Of a stretch of DNA of 16,369 nt, positions 15,526 to 16,369 are shown in pieces. Every line of letters begins with the position of its first letter. Positions within the stretch are counted from its first letter, which is position 1. The notes beneath the pieces are model-generated. The model ran no database searches, was not told the DNA's origin, and saw only the letters and a list, made by a program, of their open reading frames with translations. The DNA comes from Candidatus Nitrosoabyssus spongiisocia (GTDB lineage Archaea; Thermoproteota; Nitrososphaeria; Nitrososphaerales; Nitrosopumilaceae): contig CP136752.1 in the NCBI GenBank assembly GCA_033471095.1, positions 1,220,217 to 1,236,585 of the forward strand, read 5' to 3'. The translations under genes and the position numbers were made by a program.

Positions 15526-15571
15526 ATATTTAGATCGGTAATGATGTTTTTAGTATTAAATTATTAGAACC

Positions 15572-15601
15572 ATTAATAACACCCGAATTTGCAATAGAAC
15601 C
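15572..15601 (-). repeat. Copy 4 of the ~30-nt motif (subtype 2, inverted); reverse complement ggttctattgcaaattcgggtgttattaat
   Basis: It differs from the copy 1 core only at the three subtype positions (7, 14, 17). It lies 43 nt upstream of the ATG at 15645 and is followed immediately by c + TAAAGT. Confidence 0.75.
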
Positions 15602-15644
15602 CTAAAGTAGAATATTTTTTAATGTGTATTTATAATGATAATTT

Positions 15645-16277
15645 ATGCAACATGTTGGAAAATTAAAAATTAAATCTATGGATAAAATTAGAGAGTTTCT
15701 AAATGAGGAACACGTCGGTAGAATTGCAAGTATTGATGATAAAGGATATCCACAGATAATACCTATGAATTTTGTTTATCTGCATGATTGTATCTATATG
15801 CATTCATATCATAGAGGTGAGAAATTAGAGAACATATTACAATGCTCAAAGGTGGGTTTTGAGGTAGATAGAGAATTAGAGTTTCTTCCATCATACTTTA
15901 AAAATCCACACGACGCGTCTCTTGCTGATACTCTATACATTAGTGTGGTGATTAAAGGTAATGGAGAATTGGTAGCGGATATGAAAGAAAAGACAGTTGC
16001 GTTAAACGGATTGATGGCAAAATATCAACCAGAAGGCAGGTATGATTTGGTGAATAGTGATGATAAAGTAGTTGATGCTGTAGCAGTGATAAAGATTATT
16101 CCTGATATAATTACTGGGAAATATAATATTGGACAAAATTTATCACAAAAAGATAGATTAATTCTTGCAGAGAATATACTTGAGCGTAACTCTACTACTG
16201 CAAAAAACACATTGCAAATAATGGGATTTGATGTAGTTGCCGATACATTGAAGATGAATAATATCTCTGAATGGTAA
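15645..16277 (+). CDS. Pyridoxamine 5'-phosphate oxidase-like (split-barrel) FMN-binding family protein
   Basis: The N-terminal pattern REFLNEEHVGRIASIDDKGYPQIIPMNFVYLHDCIYMHS...GEKLENI is typical of the PNPOx-like / Pyridox_ox_2 family. Met-12 (15678) is an alternative start. Confidence 0.75.
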   Translation: MQHVGKLKIKSMDKIREFLNEEHVGRIASIDDKGYPQIIPMNFVYLHDCIYMHSYHRGEKLENILQCSKVGFEVDRELEFLPSYFKNPHDASLADTLYISVVIKGNGELVADMKEKTVALNGLMAKYQPEGRYDLVNSDDKVVDAVAVIKIIPDIITGKYNIGQNLSQKDRLILAENILERNSTTAKNTLQIMGFDVVADTLKMNNISEW

Positions 16278-16369
16278 AAATATTATTTATGAATATGGGG
16301 ATTTATTAAAATAAAAAAATAAATTTAAAAATTCTAAATACCTAGTTCTGACTGAATTTCTGCACTCTC

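Noticed and set aside
3104-15601. The 30-nt motif read as a tRNA-gene fragment (att site), a C/D-box sRNA, or a PEFG-CTERM remnant. The minus-oriented copies read P-E-F-A in one frame.
   Set aside because: No T-arm or acceptor-like pairing can be drawn around GGTTC. No consistent C (RUGAUGA) / D (CUGA) box pair flanks all the copies. The PEFA reading is followed by a stop within 4-6 codons, and subtype 1 reads PK(V/A)A instead. None of these readings fits all four copies.
3100-15610. Casposon, provirus or defence-island interpretation of the accessory segment.
   Set aside because: I could recognise no Cas1/casposase, PolB, integrase, capsid or terminase genes. I also saw no nuclease, ATPase or methyltransferase genes. 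Only a transposase remnant and surface-protein genes are present. The faint HEPN-like impression at 14732-15525 is not supportable.
16334-16369. Possible 3' end of a minus-strand gene running off the window (…ESAEIQSELGI-stop).
   Set aside because: Only 11 codons are visible, which is too short to support a call.

Overview
AT-rich, tightly packed, archaeal-looking window. My best guess is a Nitrosopumilaceae-like ammonia-oxidising thaumarchaeon. That guess is an inference from a membrane-anchored blue-copper protein, an LLM/F420-type oxidoreductase, TATA-like boxes about 25-30 nt ahead of start codons, and heavily N-x-S/T-studded surface proteins.

Four intact housekeeping-type genes form the flanks:
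- Left flank: uvrC (5'-truncated by the window edge), a plastocyanin-like cupredoxin, and an LLM-family oxidoreductase.
- Right flank: a PNPOx-like FMN-binding protein.

Between the flanks lies an accessory segment of about 12.5 kb (roughly 3.1-15.6 kb), dominated by three things.

1. An 8.3 kb minus-strand surface-protein locus (12748 to 4463).
- It is built from Ig-like repeats, two DUF2341-LamG modules, six DUF5011-like repeats and a CFI-box C-terminal anchor.
- The locus has one signal peptide (12748 end) and one membrane anchor (4463 end), yet it is split into five ORFs.
- The breaks are two frameshifts, a frame change at an overlap, and two in-frame TAA codons that sit exactly on the DUF2341|LamG junction in both paralogous modules.

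2. Four copies of a roughly 30-nt motif, in two subtypes and alternating orientation.
- They bracket 3104-4239 and 12794-15601.
- The outermost pair is flanked by a direct TAAAGT repeat.

3. A run of decayed genes.
- These include an IS-type DDE transposase remnant, an HTH-containing gene, and two others.

No rRNA, tRNA or CRISPR array was recognised. All family assignments come from motif recognition by eye, not from searches.
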